Of a stretch of DNA of 64,000 bases, positions 50,054 through 63,813 are shown piece after piece. Source of the stretch: Antedon mediterranea (Eukaryota > Animalia > Echinodermata); assembly GCF_964355755.1 (NCBI RefSeq), contig NC_092673.1, positions 13,674,948 through 13,738,947 of the forward strand, read 5' to 3'. The notes under the pieces were generated by a model. The model searched no databases and was not told the origin of the DNA. It was given only the letters and a program-made list of their open reading frames with translations. Numbering within the stretch: the first letter of the stretch is position 1; the number at the start of each line of letters is the position of its first letter. Both the position numbers and the translations under genes were made by a program.

Positions 50054-50600
50054 TTAACCTTGTGCCTTTGGTTCGTTTGGACGAGTCCGCGGGTCTCTTG
50101 CTGCACCAGGTCTTAGGGTGTTCTTCAGTGTTGCAATGGCCGTCTCCAAGCTTGGTCTGTCTTCTGGTTTCTGCCTCATGCATTCCTTTCCAAGTCTCTT
50201 CATCGATGCTACATAGGCAAATGATCCAAGTTCATAAAAGATTGTGCCAAGACTGTAGACATCGGTTTTGATGGATGGTACCCTGCTGGTACAACTCTGG
50301 GGCGAAGTCGTCCTCAACTAGTGAAAATAAATATAATATGGTTATACAGTAGAACCCTTTTTTTAGGACATCCTATTAAGAGGATACATTCCTGTAAAAA
50401 AAATGACACATACCTCACGACGAGAGCAAAATCCCCAAGTCGATGATGACGGTTAACAACGTCATTAACAGATCCATGGATTTTTAGGAATTTGTCATTG
50501 TTGACAAATAGTTGCATCACTCGTGCTTCTATCATTAGTTTCCTATTACTCCGGGTGGATTGATTTCCCTTGAAGATGACAGGTTGAAGGTCAAGTCCAT
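50054..50600 (-). pseudogene. Protein kinase remnant
   Basis: PVIFK (subdomain II), IEARVMQ (alphaC), RLGDFAL (DFG-like), FAPELY, frameshift, KTDVYSLGTIFYEL, CMRQKPEDRPS. The catalytic loop is deleted. Confidence 0.75.
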
Positions 50601-51989
50601 TGTTTCCAGCAAAGCTTTCAGCAAATATTGTGCTGAGTCTTGCAGTAGAAGTTTGGCTCATATCTTCTAGGCGTTCCAATGGCGTCATATCCTTCACTCT
50701 ATTGTATTCAAGAGTTTGGTCTGATGCGAGACTATCAACACTTGAAGATCTCATTCAGAACAGGTCTTCTTCAGTCTCACTCTTCTCTGATGGAGAATTG
50801 CATACCTTCTTTGGGCAAAACCTGTAACAAAGTGGTTTTGCACCAGGAGCTGAAGGAACAATTCTAAAGATCTCGTCGATGTCAGCTTGGAGTCTAGTCT
50901 CTCATTTCAGTCTGTCATTTATGATTATTGCTTATTATCTCTATTGTTTACATATATATTTACTAATTGTTATTGTTTTTATTGTAATTTATTTATTTAT
51001 TTATTTTTTCCAATTTTTAATTGTTACATAGGACATCACAGTTTAAAGCTTTGCTTATAGTGATGCCCGATTCAATCAATCAAATATATAACTTTAGAAA
51101 GATTACTGTATATTGGCAACGGCCTACAGTTGAACATGGTTTTAATACTTACAATATTGTATGTTTCCATCTTTTCCATTGATTGTAAACCTCTAATTAA
51201 ACTTTCCAGTATTTTAATTCAACTTCTGTTTCCAATAATATAAACAATTAATTTTTATTATTATCGTTTTTTTGTAAAAATCTACTGTAATATTATACCT
51301 TATTGTGGTTACCATTATAACAAATGTACGATTGAGTGAATAAAGTTCACATATAGATGATCTTCAAATTCATTGCTGGCGTTGCAAGACAACCCAAATG
51401 ATGGCATAGCCTCACCAGTGATTTCTGATAATTCCATTACAGGAAGTTGTATATCCCCTGATGGAGTTGGACTATCCATAGTAAGAAGTGGAATATCATA
51501 TGTAGGATTCTAGGAACCTTCTGAAGTGTTGGTGTTGCAACTTCTTCCTCCTCTTTCTTAACCAAGGTCATGGCTGGTGCACTTTCCTTCAGCATATTAA
51601 TTGGTGATGTTGGAAGACTCAAGTTTAGAGTGGCCACATGTAGTACCAAAGGTGCTACATTGATTTTATTTCTACAATTATGGGTACAGAACCCGCCCTT
51701 CCGCTTTAATTAATTTTAAATACTACAATTTAAAAGTAAGTTTGATGATTCCAGGACATATACTACAGTCCCAACGCTTAGTGCCCAAAATTAACAAATT
51801 GTTCAAATACATTTTCCCAAAAAATTTATTGTTGATGACTGTACAAAAGAAAATACACCTTATCCACGCACTTCTCAACTCACAGTAATTGCAGCAAAGA
51901 CTGTCAGCAAATATCCAAACTCATTGATGGATGTGTGTGATGGAGACACTGTAGGATGTGGTTATGACAGTTTTTGTACTAGGGCCAAA

Positions 51990-53750
51990 CCTAGCCTGCT
52001 ACGATCATGCAGCCATAGCCACGCTTCGGCGACGAGCACGAACAAAAAGCATCGGTCACAACACACATTCCACAGTGCATTCCTTCAACAAGTCGGTTCG
52101 TATACATATATTTTTACTAATTCTATGCGGAGATATAGAGATCAATCCAACTCCTCATTACAAATTTCCGTGCGGAACATGTTCTAAACACGTCAGGTCA
52201 AATCAACGGGGGCTCAAATGTGCTAGCTGTGATTTGTGGTTTCATACTAATTGCCAAGCTACTCCAGATATTGAGTATGCCCGTTTATATGATTGCCCAA
52301 ACGAGCTATGGACATGTGGTGTGTGCTCTCTACTGACCTTTCCTGACTCTTTTTTTTAATTCAATAATGAATTAAACAACAGTACCGATTTGGTGGCAAG
52401 CTCAAGTTTTTTGCCTTCAGACGCATCAAGTATCTTGTTAACATCATCGGGTACTCGTTCCTCTCTATATTGCGCTCTATTGAATGCAATGCAATGTCGC
52501 TGTCAGTAGTTGCCGTTACTGAAACATGGCTAGACTCTACCTTACCATCTTCATTAATCTTGGATACTGATTGTTACACGATATTTAGAAAGGACAGAAA
52601 TCGCCATGGAGGTGGTGTGATGTTAGCGGTTGCAAATAATCTTTCTCCTTCTATTATTGAACTTCCGCAAAATGTAACAACTGAAATTATATTTGTTCAA
52701 ATCAGAAAAATGGATTTGTGGAGCATATTACAGACCTCCTACTGAGATTGGGAGTATTGACAAATTAGAGGATATTCTGGTTAATCTTGATTTGGATTCC
52801 TATGCAGGCGTCATCTTGCAAGGAGATTTTAACATTGATTATTCGCATAATGTCAATACTCCCTTAAAAACTAACCTAAAGTCTTTAGCAGATGCTATGT
52901 GTATTGATCAACTAGTTCTTGACGTAACTAGATCATCAAATGATTTTAGTTCTAATACAATAATTGATCTTATATTTACGTCCCGTCCGGATCGATTGTG
53001 TGAAGTAAAAATTGATGCAGGTCTTGCCAATTCTGACCATCACATGGTAACGTTTAGAATTCGCGGATCTCCTGGAAAACTTCCCAACGTGGTCCGTGAA
53101 AGTTATCAGTATCATAAAGCAGACGTTGAACATTATCAGAGCCTAATTTTGTTGACTCCATGTGAGTTAATTGATTTCACTGACATCAATGGGATCAGTT
53201 TTCGGATTTCCTTCTAGCTTGTATCGCCTGTGGTTTATACTTATTCTTGAGAAACGGGCTCTGTTTAAAAAAGCCCGTAGATTAAGCAGTACTGTGGCTT
53301 GGAATAAATACAAATGTATACGAAATAAAGTACGCAATACGTCTAAGAAAGCATACAGTGACTTCATTACCAATCTGTTTAGAAAGACAGATAAACCGGA
53401 AGTCATTTTGGTCTTTTATAAAAAACAAGCGAAAGTCATCTCAACTCATTGACTCCTTTGTGGTTAATGGCAATACCATAAGACACCCTACTCAAATCGC
53501 CAACGAGTTTGTTTGTGAGTTTTTTTAGTGACTCCCCTAATTATGTGAGCCTCACTTCACCAACTTTGGACATTCCATCTCTTGCCGGTTTTCATGTTTC
53601 ACGTTGTCAGGTGGAATCTGTTATCAAAAACTTTGCAGCTAATAAAGCTTCTGGTCCTACTTAATTACTTAATTATCGTCCAGTGTCTCTTACGTCGGTG
53701 ATGTGCAAGATGTTGGGAAAACTTGTTTTCCAACAAATTCTTAACCACTG
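51990..53750 (+). mobile_element. CR1/L2-group LINE fragment (PHD - APE endonuclease - start of RT)
   Basis: LLILCGDIEINP; PHD CGTC..CASCDLWFHTNC..WTCGVC; VAVTETWL; FRKDRNRHGGGV; YYRPP; GDFNID; IDLIF; SDH; NYRPVSL. Confidence 0.9.
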
Positions 53751-55420
53751 CCAAAGTAACAGCCTGTTGGCGAGTCATCAACACGGCTCCGCCATTCGCC
53801 TTCCTTAAATTCATTATTACTGTAGCTGTCAACAAATCCATTTGGTAGATAATGAGCATTGTCGGTTTGCATAACATCATTATGAAGACATACTACAGCT
53901 TTGATCACCTTGTCAACCGTTTCAATATGAGCACGAATGGGTTTTCGGAATATACGCCACCTGGCTGCCATTATGCTAAATGTGTTTTCTATTGTGCCAC
54001 GGGCTCTGGAAATTCGGTAATTTGCAATCTCTTCTTCACCTGTTGCAAGGTACCGCAACGTTACCAAAACCCGCTCCTCCGCCGAGATAGCAATTCGACC
54101 CCTGTTTTTTCTTTCTTTCAGATGGAGCTGAATTATAAATTAAAGTTATTCTAATACAATATTTAACTGTTTGATAATTAGTATAGAGACTATAAATATA
54201 AAAGTAATTTTTGTAAGTGGCTAAAAAAAAAAGAACACTAGAGAAAACAAAAATGTAAGAAAACAATCTCATCATTATTATATTCCAAATAATAATAAAA
54301 ATGTACTTTTTTACTTAAATTACTGATGATTATAACATTCATTAGCTTTAAATGATTACCTTATAGTAAACTGTACTGATATAGGACGACAAAAATATTG
54401 AACAGGAACTACTACAATTTATTAAAAGTCCGATCCCTGAGGAAGATGCCGATGAACTGTTCAGTAAAGTTGTTTTAAAGAAAATGCGTCAGGTAGATGA
54501 GGACGATAAATCATAATAATTAAACGTGTTGATCTATAGTTTTTGTTTTTTTTTTAAAGTTAATGACTTCAAATTTATAAGTTAAGTTAATTATTGTGTA
54601 GTGTGTAGTACCAATAAATTGAAATTTAAATTTTTTTTTTTATTTGGTTATTACTGTATTCACTTATTAAATTTGACTGTACCAGTGTGGATAACCAAAG
54701 CCACAATCACAAACATCACCACACTAAATACATTCGGTAGCATAAAACATAAAATAAAGTCACACTAACAAAAAAAAGAGATTTAATTCCAAAGTTATTG
54801 CCTAGGCACTTAATTGGGATAAGCCTACTTGTAGGGCATAGCCTAGAAAAGAGCTTAAGGCCTAATATAGACCCTTGGCCTAGTTATAGGGCCTAACTAG
54901 TAGTATAGCCTAGGGCATTTTTAGTACAGACCTATAACAGAGAATCTTGGCTAACTACTAAAATAGTAGTGGTTTCGCTGTAGGCCTGACCAACCTACGA
55001 ATGTTTTATGTAGACCGCCTAGGCCTATGTAGTATATGCCACGCATGGGCAACCATTGTTTTAAACAAAGTGTGGAATTGCCCATGATTTAATCTCTCTT
55101 GCAGCACTTTTCTTTTCCAGAACCTGTGAGTTCACGCTGTTTGTGGATCACCATATTGGCGAAAAAGTTGCATCCATCAAATGGCAGAAGCAAGCGTAAG
55201 AAAAAGTTCAACTTTACGTAACGATCATAAGACGACCGTAAGCGCTTGAAGTTAAAAAAGTCAACTTTACGTAAGGGTCGTTATCGGCTCGTGAGCCTGT
55301 GGTTCAGAACGATCAAAACGACGTTCACTTTTGTTCAACTTAACGGAAGAGACGTAACAAACGCAACAATCGTAACAAACGTTAGCATTTCCAAATCTTA
55401 CGTCGACAGGAAACCAGGCT
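53745..55420 (-). mobile_element. Internally deleted Harbinger element
   Basis: VTLRYLATG is fused directly to EEEIANYRISRARGTIENTFSIMAARWRIFRKPI..VCLHN; terminus ..GGAAACCAGGCT|TAA at 55420. Confidence 0.75.
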
Positions 55421-55524
55421 TAACGTAGATGCATTCTTTGTACGATGAAAAGTAGATAACATCACTCCTCATATCTGTAGAATGCTTTCTTTCTTTGACA
55501 CTAGTACACAGCGAATAAGCTCAA

Positions 55525-55950
55525 TCAATCTGGTCTTGTTCTCGCCGTTGGCAAGGAAATTGTTGAAATCACGGGGAAACTTTTTGATATTGTTGAGCTT
55601 ACAATTACTTTTGGTGCAATGCGTCTGTTTCTCTCAACAGACTTAATGCTTTTTGGAAAGTAGGGATGCTGTTGAAAACTTTTGCTGCAAATTTCCATTA
55701 GAACACTTTTCTGAGTTCTTCGTCTTGTCCCATCTGCATTAGCCAGGCTTAGCGGGACAGGGGTAAGTGGATACTCAAAGGCTTTCTTTCTTAGGGTCAT
55801 GGAATTTCACTTTAGTTTCATGGACTGACTTGCCATTTGACAGGACTTTAAATATTCCGTCCGCAATATTTTTGTTCACTGGCGCTCCAGAACTAAGATT
55901 GTACAATTCATCTCTATTTAAAATGGGGTCAAATGGGTTGACATATTAAT
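55525..55950 (-). pseudogene. Academ-type transposase fragment
   Basis: VNPFDP..LYNLSSGAPV / AFEYPLTPVPLSLANADGTRRRTQKSVL. Confidence 0.65.
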
Positions 55951-56049
55951 TTTAAAACCATGACTACCAACAAGGCCAGTAGTAGATGAACCCGCAGTAG
56001 CCAACCGGACCAGCCACCTGTAGACAATGAGGTAAACATGCATACTTTG

Positions 56050-57620
56050 CATGCATTGTTAACCAAATTAGACGCTGATATGAACTACCGGTTTTGACGC
56101 GCTACCCTTGGATTAACGATGTGTTAAATAACTCTAATAATTTAATTGATTATGACATACCACATTCATGTTCTTATACCTTTGATCATAACATCTCAGC
56201 TACATGTGAAAAGGACTTTTCCATCTTACATATAAATCCACGAAGTTTCAATAAAAACGTTGATCTGATTAGCACGTTCCTCACTAGTTTAAGGCATACC
56301 TTTTCAATTCTAGCTTTATCAGAAACCTGGTTTAAAGAAGATGGTTCCAATTTAATCCACATAGATAACTATAACTTGGTTAATACACCACGCTGTGGAA
56401 GAAGAAGTGGTGGTGTTGCTATCTATGTTCATAATACAATCTCATTTCGAATCCGGAATGATTTAAAATTAATTGACAAACCGTCTGAGCACTTTGATCA
56501 TTCTGAATCTATCTTTATCGAAATAACAGTTCCCGGTAGGAAAAACATTGTCGTTGGCAATATCTATCGTGCTCATCGTACCAATATTGAAACATTTTTT
56601 TTATGATCTTACAAATTGTCTCACAAAAATTAATACAGAAGAAAAACAATGTTATATATCCGGTGATTTTAATCTTGACCTTCTACATTCTAATGACAAT
56701 CACATTATTAATGAGTTCCTCTCTATTTTTTATAACCATAATGTTTCCTCTTATCGATAGACCCACCAGAATTACCCTTTCAACAGCTTCCTTAATTGAT
56801 CACATTTTCACTAACGTTTTTACTCATTATATAAAATTGGGTGTTGTTAATGCCGATGTTTCTGATCATTATCCTGTTTGCGTTGCTAATTGGAGTTGAT
56901 TTAGTGATTTGGTAAACACCTCGAATAAAATTTCCACTCGTTTATTTAACCAAACTAGAATTCAACACTTTTTTGAAAATTTAAGCTTGGTTGATTGGAG
57001 TTGTATTACAGATCTTGATTCTTCTGACCATGCATATAATGTTTTCATCCATAAATTCACAGAGGTCTACAATGTACATTTTCCCATCTCTAAACATTCC
57101 AACAACAATTCCCGGCGTCGTTGTATTCCTCAAAAACCTTGGATTACTTCGGCGATCCTAAAATCAATAACTCGAAAAGATAAATTATACAAAAAGCATG
57201 CAAATAACCCTACTGAATCCAACAAAAACGTCTTATGTTAATTATTGTAATAAACTTAATTCTTTAATCAGGATTTCTAAACAGCAGTAATTAATAGCAT
57301 CTCCACTTGTTCATATTTTTAATTTATCACTAGCTACCGGTATTGTCCCAGAGAAGCTGAAAATTGCCAAGATAATTCCCGTCTTTAAACATGGTGAGAC
57401 TGATAAATTTAGCAATTATAGGCCCATCTCGGTACTGCCCGTTTTCTCCAAAGTTTTAGAACGCATAATTCACAACCAATTTGGTTTCCGCCCAAATATG
57501 TCTACAGCATTATGGTATACGTGGTGTTGCCTTTGATTGGTTCAGAATTCGTGATTCATCATCTGTCAAAGTATTTAAAAAGCTGTATAAAAATAATTTG
57601 CTCTTAACTTATCAATGAGT
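56050..57620 (+). mobile_element. LINE (L2/Crack/Daphne-like) fragment: APE endonuclease with a heavily deleted RT
   Basis: FSILHINPRSF..ILALSETWF..GGVAIYV..VGNIYR..GDFNLDLL..PTRIT..LIDHIF..VSDHYPV..PWIT..KIAKIIPVFK..NYRPISVLP. Confidence 0.9.
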
Positions 57621-58329
57621 GTTACAAATATGTTTACATTTACATTGTTCTTTTGCTTTTTTGGTTTTATCTCTTTGAGTTCATATGCCAACATCATCAT
57701 CCTTCCATTTTTGCATATATTCATTATACTTGTTTATATTGGAAAATAAAAACTGAAACTGATCCTAATGAATTACTGTACTTGTAAAACAATTAAATAC
57801 AATACAATTTTACAAAATTAAATTGTGCTTTTTAAATATAAATAAATATATACCATTTAAAATGCATAATATTAATACTTACATATGCTTTGAATTTAAT
57901 TTTGACAGCCATTTTGGAAAAAGTGCTCTCACACAAATATTCTCGGGGTACGATCTATTTACCTCAAATTCAGATTCCACATAAAAACCTGGTCCAAAAA
58001 AACAATATGAGAATGGCACCTACCACAAAATTAATTAATTGACAAGATATTACTAAATGTGATCAGATGATAGAAGAAATGTCTTGCATTTTGGGTAAAA
58101 GGTCAGTAACGTTATTGCCGGTCATTTTTACAGATAATGTTTCTGTGTCGAGTAGTTACGGAGATATGATATCTGTTGGATATTGGGTCAAAAGTCAATA
58201 GAGGTATTTCCGGTCATTTTCAGACAAAATGTGCTATTACATCAAATAGGAACATGTACATTCCGAACAATTTGACACCATAATTAACTCTCTATGACCA
58301 GTGGTTGCCAAGATATCATAGTCTACTAA

Positions 58330-58740
58330 GGTTGTCTTGTTTTAATTCACATGGCGTAGCTCTTTTGTATACAAGTCAATTGCTGTTTTCGGATATCTCT
58401 TCGAAACCTTCTGGTTGAGCTAAATAAATTTCGCTATCAATAGGGGCATGGAGGTATGCAGTTTTAACATCCATTTGGTGGATAACAAGATCATTTTGTG
58501 CTGCGATTTGCATAAGGGCTCGCACAGATGTAATGTTGGCGGTTGGCGAATTTTCTTTGGTGGTGTAAACCCACTTGCTCCAAACACAGCTTTTGCTATC
58601 TGGTAAGGGAACTAATTCAAAGGTGTCATTCTCTTTTAGTGAGTTGATTTCTTCGTTCATAGCTTGCTGCCAGTCCATGGCATAGGAGGAATTTTATGGC
58701 CTCGCAATAATTTTGTGGGATTCCACAAATTTTGTAACAA
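58330..58740 (-). mobile_element. Ty1/Copia reverse-transcriptase fragment
   Basis: PQNYCEA..WQQAMNEEINSLKENDTFELV..KWVY / SPTA..SVR..IHQMDVKTAYLHA..IYLAQPEGF. Confidence 0.9.
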
Positions 58741-60510
58741 TTTATCTGTTCTTGTATTTCTTTTTATCCAGTGGTAGTATCTGATGTAATGTCGGAGGTT
58801 TTATTATTTTAGTAAGTCTATATAAAAAATCACATAATTAAGATAAAACATCAATAATAGTGTATATAACTATAAAAAGATTAACCAAAACAATTATTAT
58901 ATTTTATTTAAGACACTACAAACTGTTATAATACCGAAGGCCAGAGTTAATTTATCACTTGTTGGTTAGAGGACAGTATGAAATCGTACAAAATTAGTTG
59001 AGGTAGTACGAGATGTGGCCAGTGGTGGTGAGTCAATGTTTCAAATGAAGGAAGCCTATAAAACTACCAACAGACGACTTGCTTTCATTGAAGACGAACC
59101 TCGGTCTTACATGGATCTGAAATCGTGAATTAAAGCGGTCAGTATGAGCAACACATCAAACTAAAATAAACCGAAACAAAATGTAACTAATAAATTCTTA
59201 TTTATAACAAACATCACTAAAATGTTAACATCAATTCAGAGTATCTACCTATGATTCACAAGGATGAATCAGGAGATCAAGTAGTTTTAAATACCCTTCT
59301 TTGGGTACAGAAATAAATACTAAATTACAAAACCCAATAAATTTACCCATACTTTAACAAGTTCTCTTTTAATACAGTTAAAGTTAAAGTTAATACTCAT
59401 ACAGTATTAAGAGTGGAGTGCCTGGGATAATCTTCTATAACATAGATTTGTGTATCACTATATATTCTGACTTGTTGTATTCCAATGTATTAAAGAAAGA
59501 TTGAAAAAAAAAAACCACTTTCAGACTCGACCTTCTAACTTGGCATGAAGGCAAATAGCAAAAAATAAACTTTGGATAAAGTTGGGGGATATCAATATTT
59601 CTTTAATCATAAACAGTAAATATGCTTTCTATTATAATTTTTTTTTTAAATGTTTTTCACAAGGGCACCTCGCGTTAAGGGTTTTCAATATTAATGAGTC
59701 AATGACCTCGTCCAATCAAGCTCAAGCACGATTCTCGCGAAGTTCTAACTAATTGTTTAATTGATTTACCGATTCCCACCCTAATAAAAACAAACAAAGT
59801 GTAGTATCTAATAATAATAATATAATAATAATGTTGCATCACGAACGATCATTCATTTCCCAATGTGATTGTCACGTCTGAAAGTATTTTTATATGCAAC
59901 AATACCCAGTTTCATAAATAACGCTTTACTTTAGTAAATTATTATTACTTTCCCTGTATTATCGTATTGTTTTATATCTGCTGTATCAAATAACCCAGAT
60001 GACATAATAAGTTCAAGAAGTGAGTGTATTCAAAGTAGTGAAGATATAAACCAATTGAGTGTATCAGAGGATAATACAATATTGTCCAATTTACATGCAA
60101 CAGGACTATAGTACTGTACCACAGTTCATCAATCTTCTGCAGGTGACAGACAATGATACTGGGAGTTCAAGCAGTGAGTATGTTCCAAATAGTGAAGAAA
60201 TTGATGTAAACCAAGTGACTGCATTGGAAAGCAATACAACTAGTGAAGACATGGATAATGATGAAAAAAAAGTTACAGCGAATCAAAATGAATGCTTTTG
60301 TCTTTTATGTGTAAACTGACTTTGGGGTTGGGTCAACCGGCTCAGCTACAGTGATTCAGTTCACTTAGGTTGACCCTGGTCTCCCCAATTTCAGTTTGTG
60401 TTGAGTGTACTCAAATAGTAAACAACATTTGTTTTAACCGACTGATCACCACGGCTAATTCATATGCAAATAATTCACAGATATTCCTGTATATCCACTT
60501 AATGATGAAC

Positions 60511-60698
60511 CTTGATGAAGATGCGCATCCTGATGATGAGATTGTTCAACCACTTGATGTAGATGCGCATCCTGATGATGAGATTGTTCAACCACTTGAT
60601 GAAGATGCGCATCCTGATGATGAGATTGTTCAACCACTTGATGAAGATCCGCATCCTGGTGATTGAACAATCTCATCATTAGGATGCGCATCTTCATC
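60511..60698. repeat. 42-bp tandem repeat (3.5 copies) followed by an inverted copy
   Basis: CTTGATGAAGATGCGCATCCTGATGATGAGATTGTTCAACCA units; reverse-complement unit at ~60663-60698. Confidence 0.9.
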
Positions 60699-60789
60699 AC
60701 ATGGTTAATCACTTGATGTGTATCTGACTGAAGGTAAACCATTCAGAAAAAGTTCATGAGTTACATAATGTAAAACCATGTATATGAAT

Positions 60790-61045
60790 ATACACTTTCT
60801 GTTGTTTTGCCTGGTTCTGTGGATGTAGAACAGAAGAAGAAACCAGATTACGACGAATATTAAATAAAGTAGGTAGGATCACAGGATCTAGACATAATTT
60901 GGATGACTCAAACCACCCTTTAAATAAATATTATGTTAAAATGAGATCAAAAAGACTAAATGTGCTGAGATCGTGCAATAGTAGGGTAATGCGATATCTT
61001 AATTCTTTTGTTCCGTATTCCATTAGACTGTTAAATGATATTGCA
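60790..61045 (+). mobile_element. Rex1/Babar-type LINE 3' fragment
   Basis: WF..EETRLRRILNKVGRITG..DSNHPL..RSKRL..RYLNSFVPYSIRLLN. Confidence 0.7.
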
Positions 61046-61289
61046 TAATTTGTAATTTTTGATGTATTGCAGTTTTTTATTATATATATATAGTCAAAAG
61101 TAGTTTTATGTTCATAACTAAATGTTGTTCCACATCCATTCCTTCATATTCAGCAAGTCACAATTAACAAGATCTACACATGCGTTGTGTTCTACACTTC
61201 CCGTCAAAGCGTGAAGTCAAAACAAGGAAGTATGTTAACGAAACTGTTCGCTGAACTATGTTGTTATGCAAATGAGTAGAATGTTGACG

Positions 61290-62633
61290 TCATTTTTGTA
61301 ATAGTACGAATATATATTTATCCTGTACCAGTTACTTTCCTTTAAAATAATATTAGGAACCACTGAAAAAAAGTATATAAAACATATACTGTATCAAACT
61401 TGGGCTCAATAACCACTGGACTATTAGTAAACCGACAAAAGACCATTTGACTGACAATTATGGTGTTAGCATCCATAGCAATACATGGAGGTGATTATCA
61501 ACTTTACTTTTATGAAATTATTTATCTGGAAACAAACACTTATAATGGTACAGAGTTGCGAACAAGTTCCACGGCATGGGTAACAAGACCAGTGCACTGC
61601 TGAGCAAAAAACCACACTTTAGCAATTCCCTACATGCCTTGGATGCTTCAGGTAGTATTGTCCAGACTGGTGTCCATGTACTGCCGGTTTTAGTCCAACC
61701 AAAGTCTTCTGGTGATGGAGCATTCTGCTGTGGCTGTAGACTGGTGGTCCAAATGCTTCTGTTGGAATGCTGTAAAAGTGCATCCTGCAATAAACAATTT
61801 AAAGATTGGTGTTACCTTTTAATGAAAGAAAAACATGAACCTGATAATAAATTATTAAACGACAATTGACAATTATATGGAAGCTCCCCTTACCTGTGTA
61901 GGAGGAATGTTGTCCATTGTCCGTGCCTTTCTTGAAAAAAGATCTTGTCTTAGCTTAGTAACACTTCTTAAAGTACTTGTCTTGTCGTATAGATGACATA
62001 TAAGCTCCTCTAGCAACTGGAATTGAGATGAGTTGACTCCTAGAGATTTGAAAGGGTGATGTGCCATGAAAAGAAAGGCTTCTGTGACTGCTGGAAATGA
62101 GTTCCACGTCTCCCATGCGGAGTGTTTTGCTTTTCCGAAGAACTGGGATGTAGTATCGGACCCAGTAAATGCATGAAAAACTGGCAGCCCTCTTGACTTA
62201 TCCTCTCCTAGGTTATGGCAGATGGTATTTATATTAAAATATTGGAAGTGCTTACCCATGCCAAATGCGACCCAGATACACGTACCAGAATAACAGGCTA
62301 TTAGATTGCAGAAAATACCAACCAGGATAACAATGACATCAGTATCAACTGTACGCACTTTAAGGCATCATCAATGTGAATGCACATCTTGGAGTCGGCC
62401 TCTTCATGGTCGCAGATTGACATAGGTTGAGTAGATGTCAACATACAAAAGACTCGCCTACAGGACATATATCAAGAATTACTTACTATTTAATATGCCT
62501 TTTTAATTAATTATTAGTATGAAACTGTATAAGTAAATTAATCGTTACATGGTTACAAACAAAATAAATTAGTATGTATCATAATAAAACTTACCTGATG
62601 CAGTCAGAGTAATCATGGGTAGACACCTTTGTA

Positions 62634-62681
<48 letters not shown>

Positions 62682-63813
62682 CCCTGGAATCTTTGTTTGT
62701 CCCCCAACTTTCCTCCTGACCCCTTTTCCTCTTTTTTCTCCTGTAGACTGCTTAAGACTATCTGTTCTGTAAGTGTCCCACACTATATCAATTCTGTTAA
62801 TATTCTGCAGCTGCTGTCTGGTCCACGGTAGAAAGACCTGTCATACAAATGATACAAGAATAACGATCCGCATATAGAAGTGACCAATTATGTGGTGGTT
62901 AAACAATAGATACAATCCTGAATGCAAAGAAATGTACTCACCTTATCACCGTAGTCATCAAATGTAAATGCATGGTTGCTGGAAAGAGCATGGAAAATAG
63001 CAGCTCCGTCAAACACCTTTACATCAAAATATGTAGGAGGTTCAGGCTGGCCTTCAGTCTCCAAATGCTGTAGCAACTCAGACTTCTTAGTTGGTAGTCG
63101 AGGCTTTCCATTTACTGCCAAAGAGGGTGGCCATGGCTGGTTTTCGTGCATGAAGAAGTCTTCCAAATCTCCATCACGAGATTGACTTGCAATATACAGT
63201 CGACTGAATAGACTGCAGTCACTTTTTAAACTCTTAACTTGTTGCTTTGTTTTGGACACTGATTTTGACCATGGTGTTTGATGGCTTGTTGAATAATTGC
63301 AACACTTCTGTCGAGAACTTCCTTGAAATATTTTTGGTACTGGGTAGTACCTACATCCTGAATTGTACGAACTGTCACTACTGCACTTTCATTGGCACAA
63401 TCTCGAGCATCCAAGACCAGAAGTTCTGAACAATTATCGAGGAATGGGTTGCCTGCATTGCTCAGGGAACTGCAAGTGCCGTTCAGCAGGTCTTTCTTGC
63501 ACTGGTCTTTGTTATCCATGCCGTGGAACCTGTTCGTCATCTAGCAACTCTGTACCATTATAAGTGTTTGTTTCCAGATAAATAATTTCATAAAAGTAAA
63601 GTTGATAATCACCTCCATGTATTGCTATGGATGCTAACGCCATAATTGTCAGTCAAATGGTCTTTTGTCTGTTTACTTAGTCCAGTGGTTATTGAGCCAA
63701 GTTTGATACAGTATATGTTTTATATACTTTTTTTCAGTGGTTCCTAATATTATGTTAAAGGAAAGTAACTGATACAGGATAAATATATATTAGTAGTTCT
63801 ATTACAAAAATGA
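61290..63813. repeat. ~270-bp inverted repeat pair (61290-61559 / 63544-63813) enclosing an Academ fragment
   Basis: Near-identical reverse-complement arms, each containing a TAGTCCAGTGG Academ-like terminus motif. Confidence 0.9.
61560..63543 (-). pseudogene. Academ-type transposase, 3' half (XPG/PIN-like nuclease region), intron-containing
   Basis: GNPFLD; LKSDCSLFSRLYIASQSRDGDLEDFFMHENQPWPPSL; VFDGAA; VWDTY; CDHEEADSK; RTVDTDV; LPVFHAFTGSDTTS.F.GK; IPPTQ|DALLQH; PSPEDFGW..WTPVWT.LPEASKACRELLKCG. Confidence 0.85.

Noticed and set aside
58900-59800. Possible Crypton-like non-autonomous element
   Set aside because: Only vague terminal-like motifs; no recombinase ORF and no definable boundaries.
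62637-62679. Long poly-A as a retrocopy tail
   Set aside because: It interrupts an Academ exon on the opposite strand with no associated retro-body or TSD; more likely homopolymer expansion or a sequencing artefact.
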